Source: Candidatus Saccharimonadota bacterium (GTDB taxonomy: Archaea; Micrarchaeota; Micrarchaeia; Micrarchaeales; Micrarchaeaceae). Taken from it: DNA of 32,000 nt. How positions within the stretch are numbered: the first letter of the stretch is position 1; each line of letters starts with the position of its first letter. Location: NCBI GenBank assembly GCA_021654395.1, contig AP024486.1:1-32000 (forward strand), written 5' to 3'. Below, one piece after another: positions 8,599 through 17,483 of the stretch. A model generated the notes under the pieces. It worked only from the letters and a program-made list of their open reading frames with translations, had not been told where the DNA came from and searched no databases. Position numbers and translations under genes: made by a program.

Positions 8599-9294
8599 AT
8601 GTTTACTAAAGTAAAACAAATTGAAACATTGATCAATGATAGATATGTAATTGGATATGTTTTACATAATGGTTATTTACATTTATTTAATGAATTCTAT
8701 GTAAAAAGATATAAAATTATTGGTAAATTAAGTAACTTAGATTATAAGATCTACACAAAGGAGATATCAATAGGAGATGTCCTAATAAGATTTAATAGAT
8801 TCTATAGCGAGATAAAAGATAATATAGCTGAGTATATAAGAGAGATCTCTTATATAATGCCAGATATCTATTTTAGATCAGTATCTATGCTTCTAAGCTC
8901 CTATAAATATATAAATAAGGCTTTTAAGATACGTATACTAAATCCTTTCATACTATTTGATTCTATAAGAGCTAACAATCTAGATATAGAGCTTACCGGC
9001 ATTAAAGATAAAGGTAAACTTTATGACTATTCTATAGATCCATTTGCTCTTAGCAATAGGGCTGTAGCAAATATAAGCACCATAGATAATATTGGATCTA
9101 CGCATAGACTATGGCCAAGGATAGTGATCTACGATAATGAGCTACTAGAGATAGATCCATTAAGAGAGCTAGAGAATAGAATCTCTTATAATGATATTAC
9201 TATAAGCAGATCTATATTCAAAGGATATTTAGCATTAGCAAAAGGAAGAAGTATAAAAAGATTAGAAGAGATATACAGCAATAAATCTAGTTAG
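8599..9294 (+). CDS. Hypothetical protein (231 aa), no recognisable motif
   Basis: Long ORF with composition typical of local cytosolic proteins and its own TATA-like box. Its 3' end overlaps the convergent AAA+ gene by 33 nt. Confidence 0.5.
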   Translation: MFTKVKQIETLINDRYVIGYVLHNGYLHLFNEFYVKRYKIIGKLSNLDYKIYTKEISIGDVLIRFNRFYSEIKDNIAEYIREISYIMPDIYFRSVSMLLSSYKYINKAFKIRILNPFILFDSIRANNLDIELTGIKDKGKLYDYSIDPFALSNRAVANISTIDNIGSTHRLWPRIVIYDNELLEIDPLRELENRISYNDITISRSIFKGYLALAKGRSIKRLEEIYSNKSS

Positions 9295-10950
9295 CCATCT
9301 GTAAAGCTTGTATAGCTTACTTGTATTCTTCTTTATATCGCTTATTAGTGCTTTGTAAAGAATTCTCTCTTCAGGATCAAGCTTGCCCTCCTTAACAACC
9401 TGCTGCTTCTTCCCATTAACTATCTCTGTCTCTACCTTATTTATGACATCCTTCTTTACTGTCTCATACCATTCATCTAGGCTGCTATTAGATCTACCGA
9501 ATTCCTTATCTTTTAATACTGCTATTATATCTTTAGTTGTGAGCTTTCTCTCTTTCTTTCTATAGTACTCATGAAGCAGAGGCCTCATCTTAGCCTTTTC
9601 ACAGATATCTGCTATATCTGCAGCAGAGTATCCTATTGTAGCCCTTGCTAATCTTCCGTAATTTAGCTTCTCCTTTGGAGTATTAGCAGTATAGAACTCA
9701 AACAAAGCCATTCTCTCCTTCTTATTTGGAGGTCTTATATATATTCTATCTCCAAATCTACCACTTCTCTTTAGCGCTGGATCGATATCCCAAGGATTAT
9801 TTGTTGTACCTATTACAAATATGCCTTCAGGATTCTTCTCTAGTCCATCCATCTCTGTTAAGAACTGGTTTATAGCAAGTCTTATTGAGCTTGATTCTCC
9901 TTGACCAGAGTCGTTTCTCTTTATACCTAATGCATCTAACTCATCAAATATTATTATGCATGGAGTATTCTTTCTTGCTTGCTCGAATATTGAGTGGAGA
10001 TTCTTCTCAGTATTGCCCGTATACATATCAACAATCTGATTTATTCTTGCTATTATAACGTTTGCTCCTGCCTCGCCTGCAGCTGCCCTTACAATATAGG
10101 TCTTTCCTGTTCCTGGTGGTCCATACAGTATTACTCCAACTCCAAGCTTCTTACCATACTTCTTAAACAGCTGAGGATTCTTTATAGCAAGTATAACATT
10201 CTCTCTAAAGTACTGCTTTATCTTCTCCATACCAACTACAGAGTCAAAGGTCTCTGTAGGTTTAAAGAAAGCAACCTTCTTTATCTGACCTTCTTGTATT
10301 ACATCTTCTTCCTTTGAGCTTATATCATTATTCTTATGTGGCTCTTGCAGTAGCTTCTCTATCTCAAAGGCTCTCTCTTCTTTATAAGATTCTTCTTTTT
10401 TATTAATAACCTCTTCTATAGAGCTTTTAGAGCCCCCCATCTCTTTTTCCTCTTCTACTTCTTCCTCAGTATCATCCGACTCTTCATTCTCTTCATACAG
10501 TAATGCTCTTACCTTCTTTAAGCCCTGAGCTGCTCTTTCGTAAGATGGATCTTTCATAAGAGCCTTCTTAAACCACTCCTCTGCCTCTTTAAGTCTACCA
10601 GTATCTAAGAGAATCTCTCCATACAGATTCATTGCATCTACTGCATCTGGTTGCAATGCTAATACTACCTTAATATCCTCTTCCGCATTCTGATAATCTT
10701 TGATTGACTTATATGTTACTGCTCTATTGAAGTAAGCATCTGCGTAGTTATCCTGGATCTGAATGGCCTTTGTATACTCTTCCTTAGCTTCGTAGTACTT
10801 CAGCTTTAAGAATAGCTCATTGCCTATCTTATAATGGGCTTTTGCTTCTGGATCAACATTATTCTTATCAAAGGGCTTTAAAACCTTATTTGATATTACT
10901 ATCTTATCCTCTTTATTATTATCTGAGCTACTAGCCTCATCAGCAGCCAT
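9262..10950 (-). CDS. TPR-repeat / acidic-linker / AAA+ ATPase
   Basis: N-terminal TPR-like repeats (YYEAKEEYTKAIQIQDNYADAYFNRAVTYKSIKDYQNAEEDIKVVLALQPD... EAEEWFKKALMKDPSY). An acidic linker (EENEESDDTEEEVEEEKE). A single AAA+ module with Walker A GPPGTGKT, Walker B IIIFDELD, TTNNPWDIDPALKRSGRFGD and a sensor region. Confidence 0.8.
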   Translation of the reverse strand: MAADEASSSDNNKEDKIVISNKVLKPFDKNNVDPEAKAHYKIGNELFLKLKYYEAKEEYTKAIQIQDNYADAYFNRAVTYKSIKDYQNAEEDIKVVLALQPDAVDAMNLYGEILLDTGRLKEAEEWFKKALMKDPSYERAAQGLKKVRALLYEENEESDDTEEEVEEEKEMGGSKSSIEEVINKKEESYKEERAFEIEKLLQEPHKNNDISSKEEDVIQEGQIKKVAFFKPTETFDSVVGMEKIKQYFRENVILAIKNPQLFKKYGKKLGVGVILYGPPGTGKTYIVRAAAGEAGANVIIARINQIVDMYTGNTEKNLHSIFEQARKNTPCIIIFDELDALGIKRNDSGQGESSSIRLAINQFLTEMDGLEKNPEGIFVIGTTNNPWDIDPALKRSGRFGDRIYIRPPNKKERMALFEFYTANTPKEKLNYGRLARATIGYSAADIADICEKAKMRPLLHEYYRKKERKLTTKDIIAVLKDKEFGRSNSSLDEWYETVKKDVINKVETEIVNGKKQQVVKEGKLDPEERILYKALISDIKKNTSKLYKLYRWLTRFIAVYLF

Positions 10951-11018
10951 GCTCTTAACCTTTCTAATGATAATTAAGATAGAAAAGGAAATATAAATAT
11001 CTTTCTCATTACAGCAAC

Positions 11019-11107
11019 TGGACTCCGCGGGATTTTCTATTAGTAGCTATTCGAACCCGCAACCTCCCGCACGCCAAGCGGGTGCGCTACCATTGCGCCA
11101 GGAGCCC
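11019..11107 (-). tRNA. tRNA-Ala (anticodon GGC) containing a 17-nt insert (putative non-canonical intron) in the T-loop
   Basis: Hand fold: acceptor GGGCUCC/GGAGUCC with G3:U70 (the Ala identity pair); D arm GCGC-AAUGGUA-GCGC; anticodon arm CCCGC-UUGGCGU-GCGGG; T-stem GCGGG...CCCGC; T-loop UUCGAAU followed by the extra AGCUACUAAUAGAAAAU; discriminator A. CCA is not encoded. Confidence 0.85.
11032..11048 (-). other. 17-nt intervening sequence in the T-loop of tRNA-Ala (position 59/60 or 60/61; ambiguous because of a repeated U)
   Basis: Removing AGCUACUAAUAGAAAAU restores a canonical 7-nt T-loop and a perfect 5-bp T-stem. Confidence 0.7.
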
Positions 11108-11118
11108 AGTATTAAGAG

Positions 11119-11346
11119 CTAAGCAGGTGATAAGAATACTATATTTCCACCCCTTACTAGTATAGTCCCTAGCTTCGCTTTTACCTCGCCATCCTCTATC
11201 TCTTCTGCGTCCTCTAGAACTATGTTCATATGCACATCAAATGCTGTCATTCTTCCTCTTATATTTACATCTCCTTTTATTCTCACTAGTACATTCTTAC
11301 CTATCGACTTATTCAATAGATCGAAAGGCCTTGGTCTCTCTTCCAT
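11119..11346 (-). CDS. Archaeal Sm-like (LSm/SmAP) RNA-binding protein
   Basis: The 75-aa product has an Sm1 motif (VLVRIKGDVNIRGRMTAFDVHMNIVLEDAEE) and an Sm2 motif (ILVRGGNIVFLSP). Confidence 0.9.
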   Translation of the reverse strand: MEERPRPFDLLNKSIGKNVLVRIKGDVNIRGRMTAFDVHMNIVLEDAEEIEDGEVKAKLGTILVRGGNIVFLSPA

Positions 11347-11489
11347 CTGATCACTCTATCTGAATTTTAAGTATAGATATTATTATCTTTAAATACATAA
11401 ATTTAAATATATTTGCTTATCTGCTTTATATTTAAGATATTAACTTTATGATAAACTTATTAATAGTTTAAGATAAAAGCTTATAAATA

Positions 11490-14201
11490 ATGAACAGCTT
11501 CTCAAGATACATAGATGAGATCTCTATAGACAATAATAGCTATAAGGTTATATCATTAAAGGAGCTTTCTAAAGAGTATCCTTTAATAGATCAGATGCCA
11601 CTCTCTTTAAGAATAATCTTAGAGTCTCTTGTAAGAAACTTCGATGGTAATGCGATAGATGATTATTCTATAAAGAATCTATTAAGCTGGAGGAGTAAAG
11701 AGGAGTTCGAGATACCATTAAGGATAAATAGAGTTCTTATGCAAGATTTTACAGGAGTTCCTGCCTTAGTAGATCTCGCTTTAATAAGGGATTATGTATC
11801 TAGACAAGGCTTAGATCCAAAGATAGTAAATCCATCTATTCCTGTAGATCTTGTAATAGATCACTCTGTAGATGTATACTACTATAAGGAAGATAATGCA
11901 TTAGAGATGAACCATAAGATTGAGATAGAGATGAATAAAGACAGATATAAGTTCCTTAAATGGGCAGGCTCTGCATTTAGTAATATAAGGATCTTTCCTC
12001 CTTCTGCTGGTATATGCCATCAGATAAATCTTGAGCTTCTATCACAAGTAGTTTACATTGATAAAAGGAGCGATGCCAACTATCTTGCTCCGGAGATTAT
12101 AGTAGGAACAGACTCTCATACAACTATGGTAAATGCATTGGGAATAATAGGCTTTGGAGTTGGTGGAATAGAGGCAGAAGCAGCATTGCTTAATGAGCCT
12201 GTTTATATAAATAAGCCCAGATTTATAGGAGTAAACTTAAGAGGCAGATTAAATGAAGGGGTTACTGCAACAGATTTCGCATTAACATTGACAAGAGTCT
12301 TAAGAGATTTTAATGTTGTCAACTGCTTTGTAGAGTTCTTTGGAGAAGGCCTAAGATCGCTAAGCTTAGCAAGTAGAGCCACTCTATCAAATATGTGCCC
12401 AGAGTATGGTGCAACTATCGCTCTATTTCCTGTAGATCAGATAACATTAGATTACTTATATCTGACTGGAAGAGATAAGGAGATTATAGATAGAGTAAGA
12501 GAGTATATGAGATATCAAGGGCTATTTAATCCAGATCTGAGTAAGGCATTATATGATGCTGTAATAGATTTTGATCTCTCTACTATAGAGCCAAGCATCT
12601 CTGGACCTTCTCTGCCAAAGCAGCAGATTCCCTTGAGCAGATCAAAGGACTCTTTCTTAGCATATATAAAACAAAGCTATAATCAAAATATAGAGCAGAA
12701 AGACGAGAGCAGATGGAATAATGAATCAGTAAAGGCAGACGCAAATAAGATCTATAATATAAAGGATATTCATGTAGATGGTAAGGAGAGCTTTGAGGTA
12801 AAGGATGGTGATATTGCTATAGCCGCTATAACAAGCTGTACAAACACAAGCAATACAGAGCTTATGATAGCAGCAGGCATACTTGCTAAGAAAGCTATTG
12901 AGAAAGGTCTTAAGGTTAAGAATGTATTTACTAAGACTAGCTTCGCACCAGGATCAAGAGTTGTTTACAGATATCTAAACGACTCTGGCTTATATAAGTT
13001 TCTTAAAGAGCTAGGATTCAACTTAGTAGCTTATGGCTGTACAACATGTATAGGCAATAGCGGCCCGCTATACGACTCATTAAGTAGTTACGTTAAGAAA
13101 GAGAATCTTAAGCTTGTAGCAGTTCTATCTGGAAACAGAAACTATGAGAGTAGAATTAACAATGATGTTGCTGCAAACTATCTGATGTCTCCACCTTTAG
13201 TTATAGCATATGCTATTGCAGGTAGTATACTGAAGGATCTAAGCAGAGAGCCTCTAGGATATGATAAGGAAGGTAATCCAGTATACTTGAAGGATATCTG
13301 GCCAACTAAGGAGGAGATAGATTCAATAGTCAACAAGTATGTAAGTAGAGATCTATATGTTGATACATATAGATCAATACTAGATCTAAATGAAGATTGG
13401 CACAGCTTAAGCTCTGAGTCATCTCTGTTATATAAGTTTGATGAGAGTAATACATATATAAGCGAACCACCTTTCTTAGATATAGATAACAGCATGCCTC
13501 TTAAGAGCCTTTATACATTGGCGGTATTTGGAGATTCTATATCTACAGACCATATCTCTCCAGCTGGAGAGATAGATCCAGAGTCTCCAGCAGGAAAGTA
13601 TCTTATGAGTTTAGGCGTTGAGAAAGATAAGCTAAATACATATGGATCTAGAAGAGGAAATCATAATGTAATGGTAAGAGGAACATTTGCAAATAAGAAG
13701 CTTAGGAATCTTCTAATTGATAAGCAGGGCGGATATACTATCCTATTCCCAGATAATAAGCTTATGTCTATATATGATGCTGCTATGGAGTATAAGATAA
13801 GAGGCCACGGACTAGTTGTATTTGCAGGATCAGAGTACGGCTCTGGCAGCTCTAGAGATTGGGCGGCAAAGGGGCCTGCATTATTAGGAGTTAGAGCCGT
13901 TGTTGCAAAGAGCTTTGAAAGAATACATAGAAGTAATCTTGTAGAGATGGGGGTAATGCCTCTTAGATTTACTAATGGATATGACTACAACAAGCTTGAG
14001 CTTGATCCATCATATCCGTTAGATATAGAGCTTCCAGATGGCATATCAATAAATGGAAGGGCTTTACTATCATATACAGATAAGCATGGCAATAATAGAA
14101 AGATAGAGCTTATAATAGAGCTAAGAAATAAGGTTGAGGTAGATTATTATAAAGCTGGAGGTATAATGAGATATGTATATAATAAGATAATAAGCAAGTG
14201 A
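11490..14201 (+). CDS. acnA: Aconitate hydratase (AcnA/IRP type)
   Basis: The 903-aa product shows conserved blocks LPLSLRIILESLVRN, MQDFTGVPALVDLA, DLVIDHSV, GICHQINLE, VGTDSHTTM, ITSCTNTSN, GCTTCIGNSG, SGNRNYESR and GSSRDWAAKG. Confidence 0.95.
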   Translation: MNSFSRYIDEISIDNNSYKVISLKELSKEYPLIDQMPLSLRIILESLVRNFDGNAIDDYSIKNLLSWRSKEEFEIPLRINRVLMQDFTGVPALVDLALIRDYVSRQGLDPKIVNPSIPVDLVIDHSVDVYYYKEDNALEMNHKIEIEMNKDRYKFLKWAGSAFSNIRIFPPSAGICHQINLELLSQVVYIDKRSDANYLAPEIIVGTDSHTTMVNALGIIGFGVGGIEAEAALLNEPVYINKPRFIGVNLRGRLNEGVTATDFALTLTRVLRDFNVVNCFVEFFGEGLRSLSLASRATLSNMCPEYGATIALFPVDQITLDYLYLTGRDKEIIDRVREYMRYQGLFNPDLSKALYDAVIDFDLSTIEPSISGPSLPKQQIPLSRSKDSFLAYIKQSYNQNIEQKDESRWNNESVKADANKIYNIKDIHVDGKESFEVKDGDIAIAAITSCTNTSNTELMIAAGILAKKAIEKGLKVKNVFTKTSFAPGSRVVYRYLNDSGLYKFLKELGFNLVAYGCTTCIGNSGPLYDSLSSYVKKENLKLVAVLSGNRNYESRINNDVAANYLMSPPLVIAYAIAGSILKDLSREPLGYDKEGNPVYLKDIWPTKEEIDSIVNKYVSRDLYVDTYRSILDLNEDWHSLSSESSLLYKFDESNTYISEPPFLDIDNSMPLKSLYTLAVFGDSISTDHISPAGEIDPESPAGKYLMSLGVEKDKLNTYGSRRGNHNVMVRGTFANKKLRNLLIDKQGGYTILFPDNKLMSIYDAAMEYKIRGHGLVVFAGSEYGSGSSRDWAAKGPALLGVRAVVAKSFERIHRSNLVEMGVMPLRFTNGYDYNKLELDPSYPLDIELPDGISINGRALLSYTDKHGNNRKIELIIELRNKVEVDYYKAGGIMRYVYNKIISK

Positions 14202-14205
14202 TCTG

Positions 14206-15588
14206 ATGGAGATATATGATGTTGCTATAGTAGGAGGTGGAGTGATAGGAACTGCGCTATTCTACTTGCTCTCAAATTATACTAATATAAAAAGCGAGAT
14301 ACTTATTGAAAAGAACTCAGACTTTGGAATGGTAAATACGCATGAGTGGAACAATGCTCAAACATTACACTTTGGGGATATAGAAACCAACTATACTGTA
14401 GAAAAAGCGAAAGAGACAAAGGTATCATCAGAGATGCTCGAAGGCTTTCTACTTAATACTAAAGGATTGAGCAGAGATATATTTAAAAGATGCAACAAGA
14501 TGGTGCTTGCAGTTGGCGATTCTGAGGTAGAGGCATTAAGAGAGAAGTATGAGCTATTAAAGCCAGTATTCAGCTATATAAGATATACGGATAATAGAGA
14601 TATAATAAAGAGATTTGAGCCTTACGTAGTTAAAGGGAGAGACAGATCAGAGAGTATAGCAATCATACAATCAGATAATGGATATATGGTTAACTTTAGA
14701 CTTTTATCTAAGGACTTTATAAGGCTATCAAGAAAGGATAAGAATAAAAAAGTTCTACTTAACACAAAGGTAAAGGATATAAGATACTACGATGGCTTAT
14801 ATAGAATATATACAGATAAAGCAGTATACTCCGCAAAGATCGCTGTTCTATCAGCTGGCAGCTATAGCTTCTACTTTGCTAAAAGGTTAGGATATGCTGA
14901 TAATCTAATAATCTTACCAGTAGGTGGAAACTTTTATAGAACAACTAAGAGATTCACAAATGGTAAGATATATAGAGTAGAAAGGACAGGAATTCCTTTT
15001 GCTGCAGTGCATGCAGATCCAGAGATAGATATGCCTAATACAACAAGATTCGGACCTACTGCTACCTTCTCACCAGTTCTAGAGGTTAGATATATTAGAT
15101 CCTTTCTAGATTATCTAATGACATTAGACTTCAACTTAGATACTATAAAGAGTATAATAAATATACTTAGAGATAAGGATATAATAGAGAAGCTTAGCAG
15201 CAGTATGAGCTATAATATGCCTATAATAGGAAAGAAGGCGTTTGTAGATAATGAAGCAAGGAAGATAATACCATCATTGAGATATGATGAGATATATCTT
15301 GCTAAGGGAGTAGGCGGAATAAGGCCACAGATCGTTGATGAGAAGGAGCATAAGATAAAGCTCGGCACTGGTAAGATAGTTGGTGAGCAGATAATCTTCA
15401 ATATAACTCCTTCTCCAGGGGCTTCAGCATGCTTAAAGATAGGGCTTAGCGATGCATACTATATATCTAAAGCATTAGATCTTAATATAGAACTAGAGAA
15501 GCTTTTCAAGGATCTAGGAAAGGAGAGCATAATGAAAGATATCTTAGATAGGATAAGCAAGGAAAGCTTTTATAATAATTTTATGTAA
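14206..15588 (+). CDS. mqo: FAD-dependent malate:quinone oxidoreductase family protein
   Basis: N-terminal dinucleotide fold YDVAIVGGGVIGTA. MQO-like blocks WNNAQTLHFGDIETNYT, FGPTATFSP, GIRPQIVD and TPSPGASACL. It starts 4 nt after the acnA stop. Confidence 0.72.
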   Translation: MEIYDVAIVGGGVIGTALFYLLSNYTNIKSEILIEKNSDFGMVNTHEWNNAQTLHFGDIETNYTVEKAKETKVSSEMLEGFLLNTKGLSRDIFKRCNKMVLAVGDSEVEALREKYELLKPVFSYIRYTDNRDIIKRFEPYVVKGRDRSESIAIIQSDNGYMVNFRLLSKDFIRLSRKDKNKKVLLNTKVKDIRYYDGLYRIYTDKAVYSAKIAVLSAGSYSFYFAKRLGYADNLIILPVGGNFYRTTKRFTNGKIYRVERTGIPFAAVHADPEIDMPNTTRFGPTATFSPVLEVRYIRSFLDYLMTLDFNLDTIKSIINILRDKDIIEKLSSSMSYNMPIIGKKAFVDNEARKIIPSLRYDEIYLAKGVGGIRPQIVDEKEHKIKLGTGKIVGEQIIFNITPSPGASACLKIGLSDAYYISKALDLNIELEKLFKDLGKESIMKDILDRISKESFYNNFM

Positions 15589-15612
15589 ATCTTATATAAA
15601 GTTAAGAGAGAT

Positions 15613-16359
15613 ATGTTTAAGCCCTTAAGATATACTATAAGCTATTATATAAGTAATATAAAGATTGTAACGTTACTGTCTCTCCCGATACTTATAGCTG
15701 TTATACTATCCTTACTGCTATATAGATACGCTTTACCACAGTCATACGCATTATTTATAAGCATAGATCTAATAGAGAGCAAAAGTATTGCAAATATAAT
15801 AGTTGCTGTTCTAGATCTAATAATACCCAATATCTTTATTAGCTTTAGTATAGCTATGCTTAATCTTCTACTAAAGAGTAGAAGAACGTTTACAAAGATA
15901 ACAAATGACATTATACTATCTATAGAGAGATATACCTCTAGAATCTTTGTAATAGTTATTGCTTATATGATCTTATCGTCATTTATATTCTATCTGGCTT
16001 CTATATCTTCTATTCACATATTCATATTAACTGCTGCACTAATATCTTTTATTATATATGCTCTTATATTCTATGCGCCTAACGCGATAGTGCTAGATGA
16101 TCTATCTATAATAAACTCTATAAAGAAGAGCATCTATTTACAGAGGAAGAGACCTGCCTACTTTATATGCTGGATAGTGCTTTCAGCTATAGTAGTTCTT
16201 CTATTGATACTTATATCATTATATCTTAACCATCTTAATCCATCTTATACAACTTTATATAATTACTTAATATTTACAATATACGGACTATTCTTCTTGC
16301 CATTTATAATACTTCTTCAAGCAAATATGTATCTTGATAGATATAAGCTATTAAAATGA
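15613..16359 (+). CDS. Hypothetical polytopic membrane protein (about 6 TM)
   Basis: Hydrophobic helices run throughout and no motif was recognised. Its stop overlaps the start of the next gene (ATGA). Confidence 0.55.
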   Translation: MFKPLRYTISYYISNIKIVTLLSLPILIAVILSLLLYRYALPQSYALFISIDLIESKSIANIIVAVLDLIIPNIFISFSIAMLNLLLKSRRTFTKITNDIILSIERYTSRIFVIVIAYMILSSFIFYLASISSIHIFILTAALISFIIYALIFYAPNAIVLDDLSIINSIKKSIYLQRKRPAYFICWIVLSAIVVLLLILISLYLNHLNPSYTTLYNYLIFTIYGLFFLPFIILLQANMYLDRYKLLK

Positions 16360-16673
16360 TAAGCATGGATGATTTCCTATACTGCAGCTACATAAATAAG
16401 AGGTATAAACCAATTATAAGAAAGGCGATAATAGAGTATCTTATTAAGAAGGGGTTCTCTCAAGTCTATATATCTAAGCTACTTAACATATCACAACCTG
16501 CTATAAACAAGTATCTAAATAGAGCTATAGATGACAGTTCTATATATAAACAGATTATTAGATACCTTAATAGCGAAGACATTAAAGAGGATGATCTAAG
16601 ATCTTTAGAGGATAAGCTTCTTGCTATGCTTATCTCAGATAGAAAGCTTAGTCATTCTAGAAAGATGGTATAG
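16356..16673 (+). CDS. Small HTH DNA-binding protein, putative regulator
   Basis: GFSQVYISKLLNISQPAINKYLNRA is a classic helix-turn-helix. The gene is translationally coupled to the upstream membrane protein. Its 3' end overlaps convergent ogg by 39 nt. Confidence 0.5.
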   Translation: MISMDDFLYCSYINKRYKPIIRKAIIEYLIKKGFSQVYISKLLNISQPAINKYLNRAIDDSSIYKQIIRYLNSEDIKEDDLRSLEDKLLAMLISDRKLSHSRKMV

Positions 16674-17483
16674 ATACTGCTGAGCATAACCAGCATATCT
16701 CCCCCATCTAGAATATGCAAACTCCTTTATCTTTGAGATCTTTAACCTCTCATTATTAAAGTAAAGCCGCTCTATTGCTCTCTTGATCCATGTATCTATA
16801 GGAAATGCTTCTGTCTTTCCATAACCGAATAATGCTATGCAATCAGAGACCTTATCTCCTATGCCGTAAATATCCATTAATGCATCTTTTATATATTCAT
16901 AGCTCTTATGCTCTAGAGAGTACATATCTAGATTATAAAGCATATATCTAACTGCATTATATAGATATGGTGCTCTGTAGCCCAAGCCAATCTCTCTTAA
17001 TCTCTCAATACTTATCTTCTCAAGTGTGTATAGATCAGGAAATAGCCTATAACTCTTGCTATTAAGCTTTACAACCTTTCCATAGCTATATAGCTTATCT
17101 ATTATACCTCTGATTCTATTTATATTGTTAAACTGTGATATAATGAATACTATAGTTGTTATTACAGGATCTGACTTTGTAAGTCTTAAGCCTTTATATG
17201 ACATTATGGCTTTATGCATTATACTATCTGTATCTATACTTTCATATATCTTATTTAGATTATCTTTGCTTCTTAGTAGCTGCTTCACATAGCTAGCGTC
17301 ATGCTTTGGATATGCTTTTACATATATGCTGTGTACTGGATTATCTATACTCTCAGCATTTATATATAGCAATAGCTTATCCTCAGAGTAAACCAGATTA
17401 TTATTAATAATCTTTGATATGAAGCTTAATGTCTGGCCACTTTCATAAGTTTCCTTTATAGCTATATCTATATCTAATCTCAT
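16635..17483 (-). CDS. ogg: 8-oxoguanine DNA glycosylase / AP lyase (HhH-GPD superfamily, Ogg type)
   Basis: HhH-GPD motif IYGIGDKVSDCIALFGYGKTEAFPIDTWIKR, with the catalytic Lys in GDKVSDC and the Asp in PIDTW. The ATG overlaps the stop of the upstream giant gene (AGATGAGA). Confidence 0.8.
   Translation of the reverse strand: MRLDIDIAIKETYESGQTLSFISKIINNNLVYSEDKLLLYINAESIDNPVHSIYVKAYPKHDASYVKQLLRSKDNLNKIYESIDTDSIMHKAIMSYKGLRLTKSDPVITTIVFIISQFNNINRIRGIIDKLYSYGKVVKLNSKSYRLFPDLYTLEKISIERLREIGLGYRAPYLYNAVRYMLYNLDMYSLEHKSYEYIKDALMDIYGIGDKVSDCIALFGYGKTEAFPIDTWIKRAIERLYFNNERLKISKIKEFAYSRWGRYAGYAQQYLYHLSRMTKLSI

Noticed and set aside
11032-11048. tRNA-Ala as a pseudogene disrupted by an insertion.
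   Set aside because: All four stems, the G3:U70 identity pair and the 7-nt loops are intact once the 17 nt are removed. This argues for a spliced intron rather than decay. Confirmation needs RNA data.
11481-11488. AAAGC-TTATAAAT resembling the lig BRE/TATA, directly upstream of acnA.
   Set aside because: It ends 2 nt before the ATG, so it cannot position a TSS for this start codon. The conserved aconitase N-terminus rules out a downstream start. It is probably chance in AT-rich DNA.
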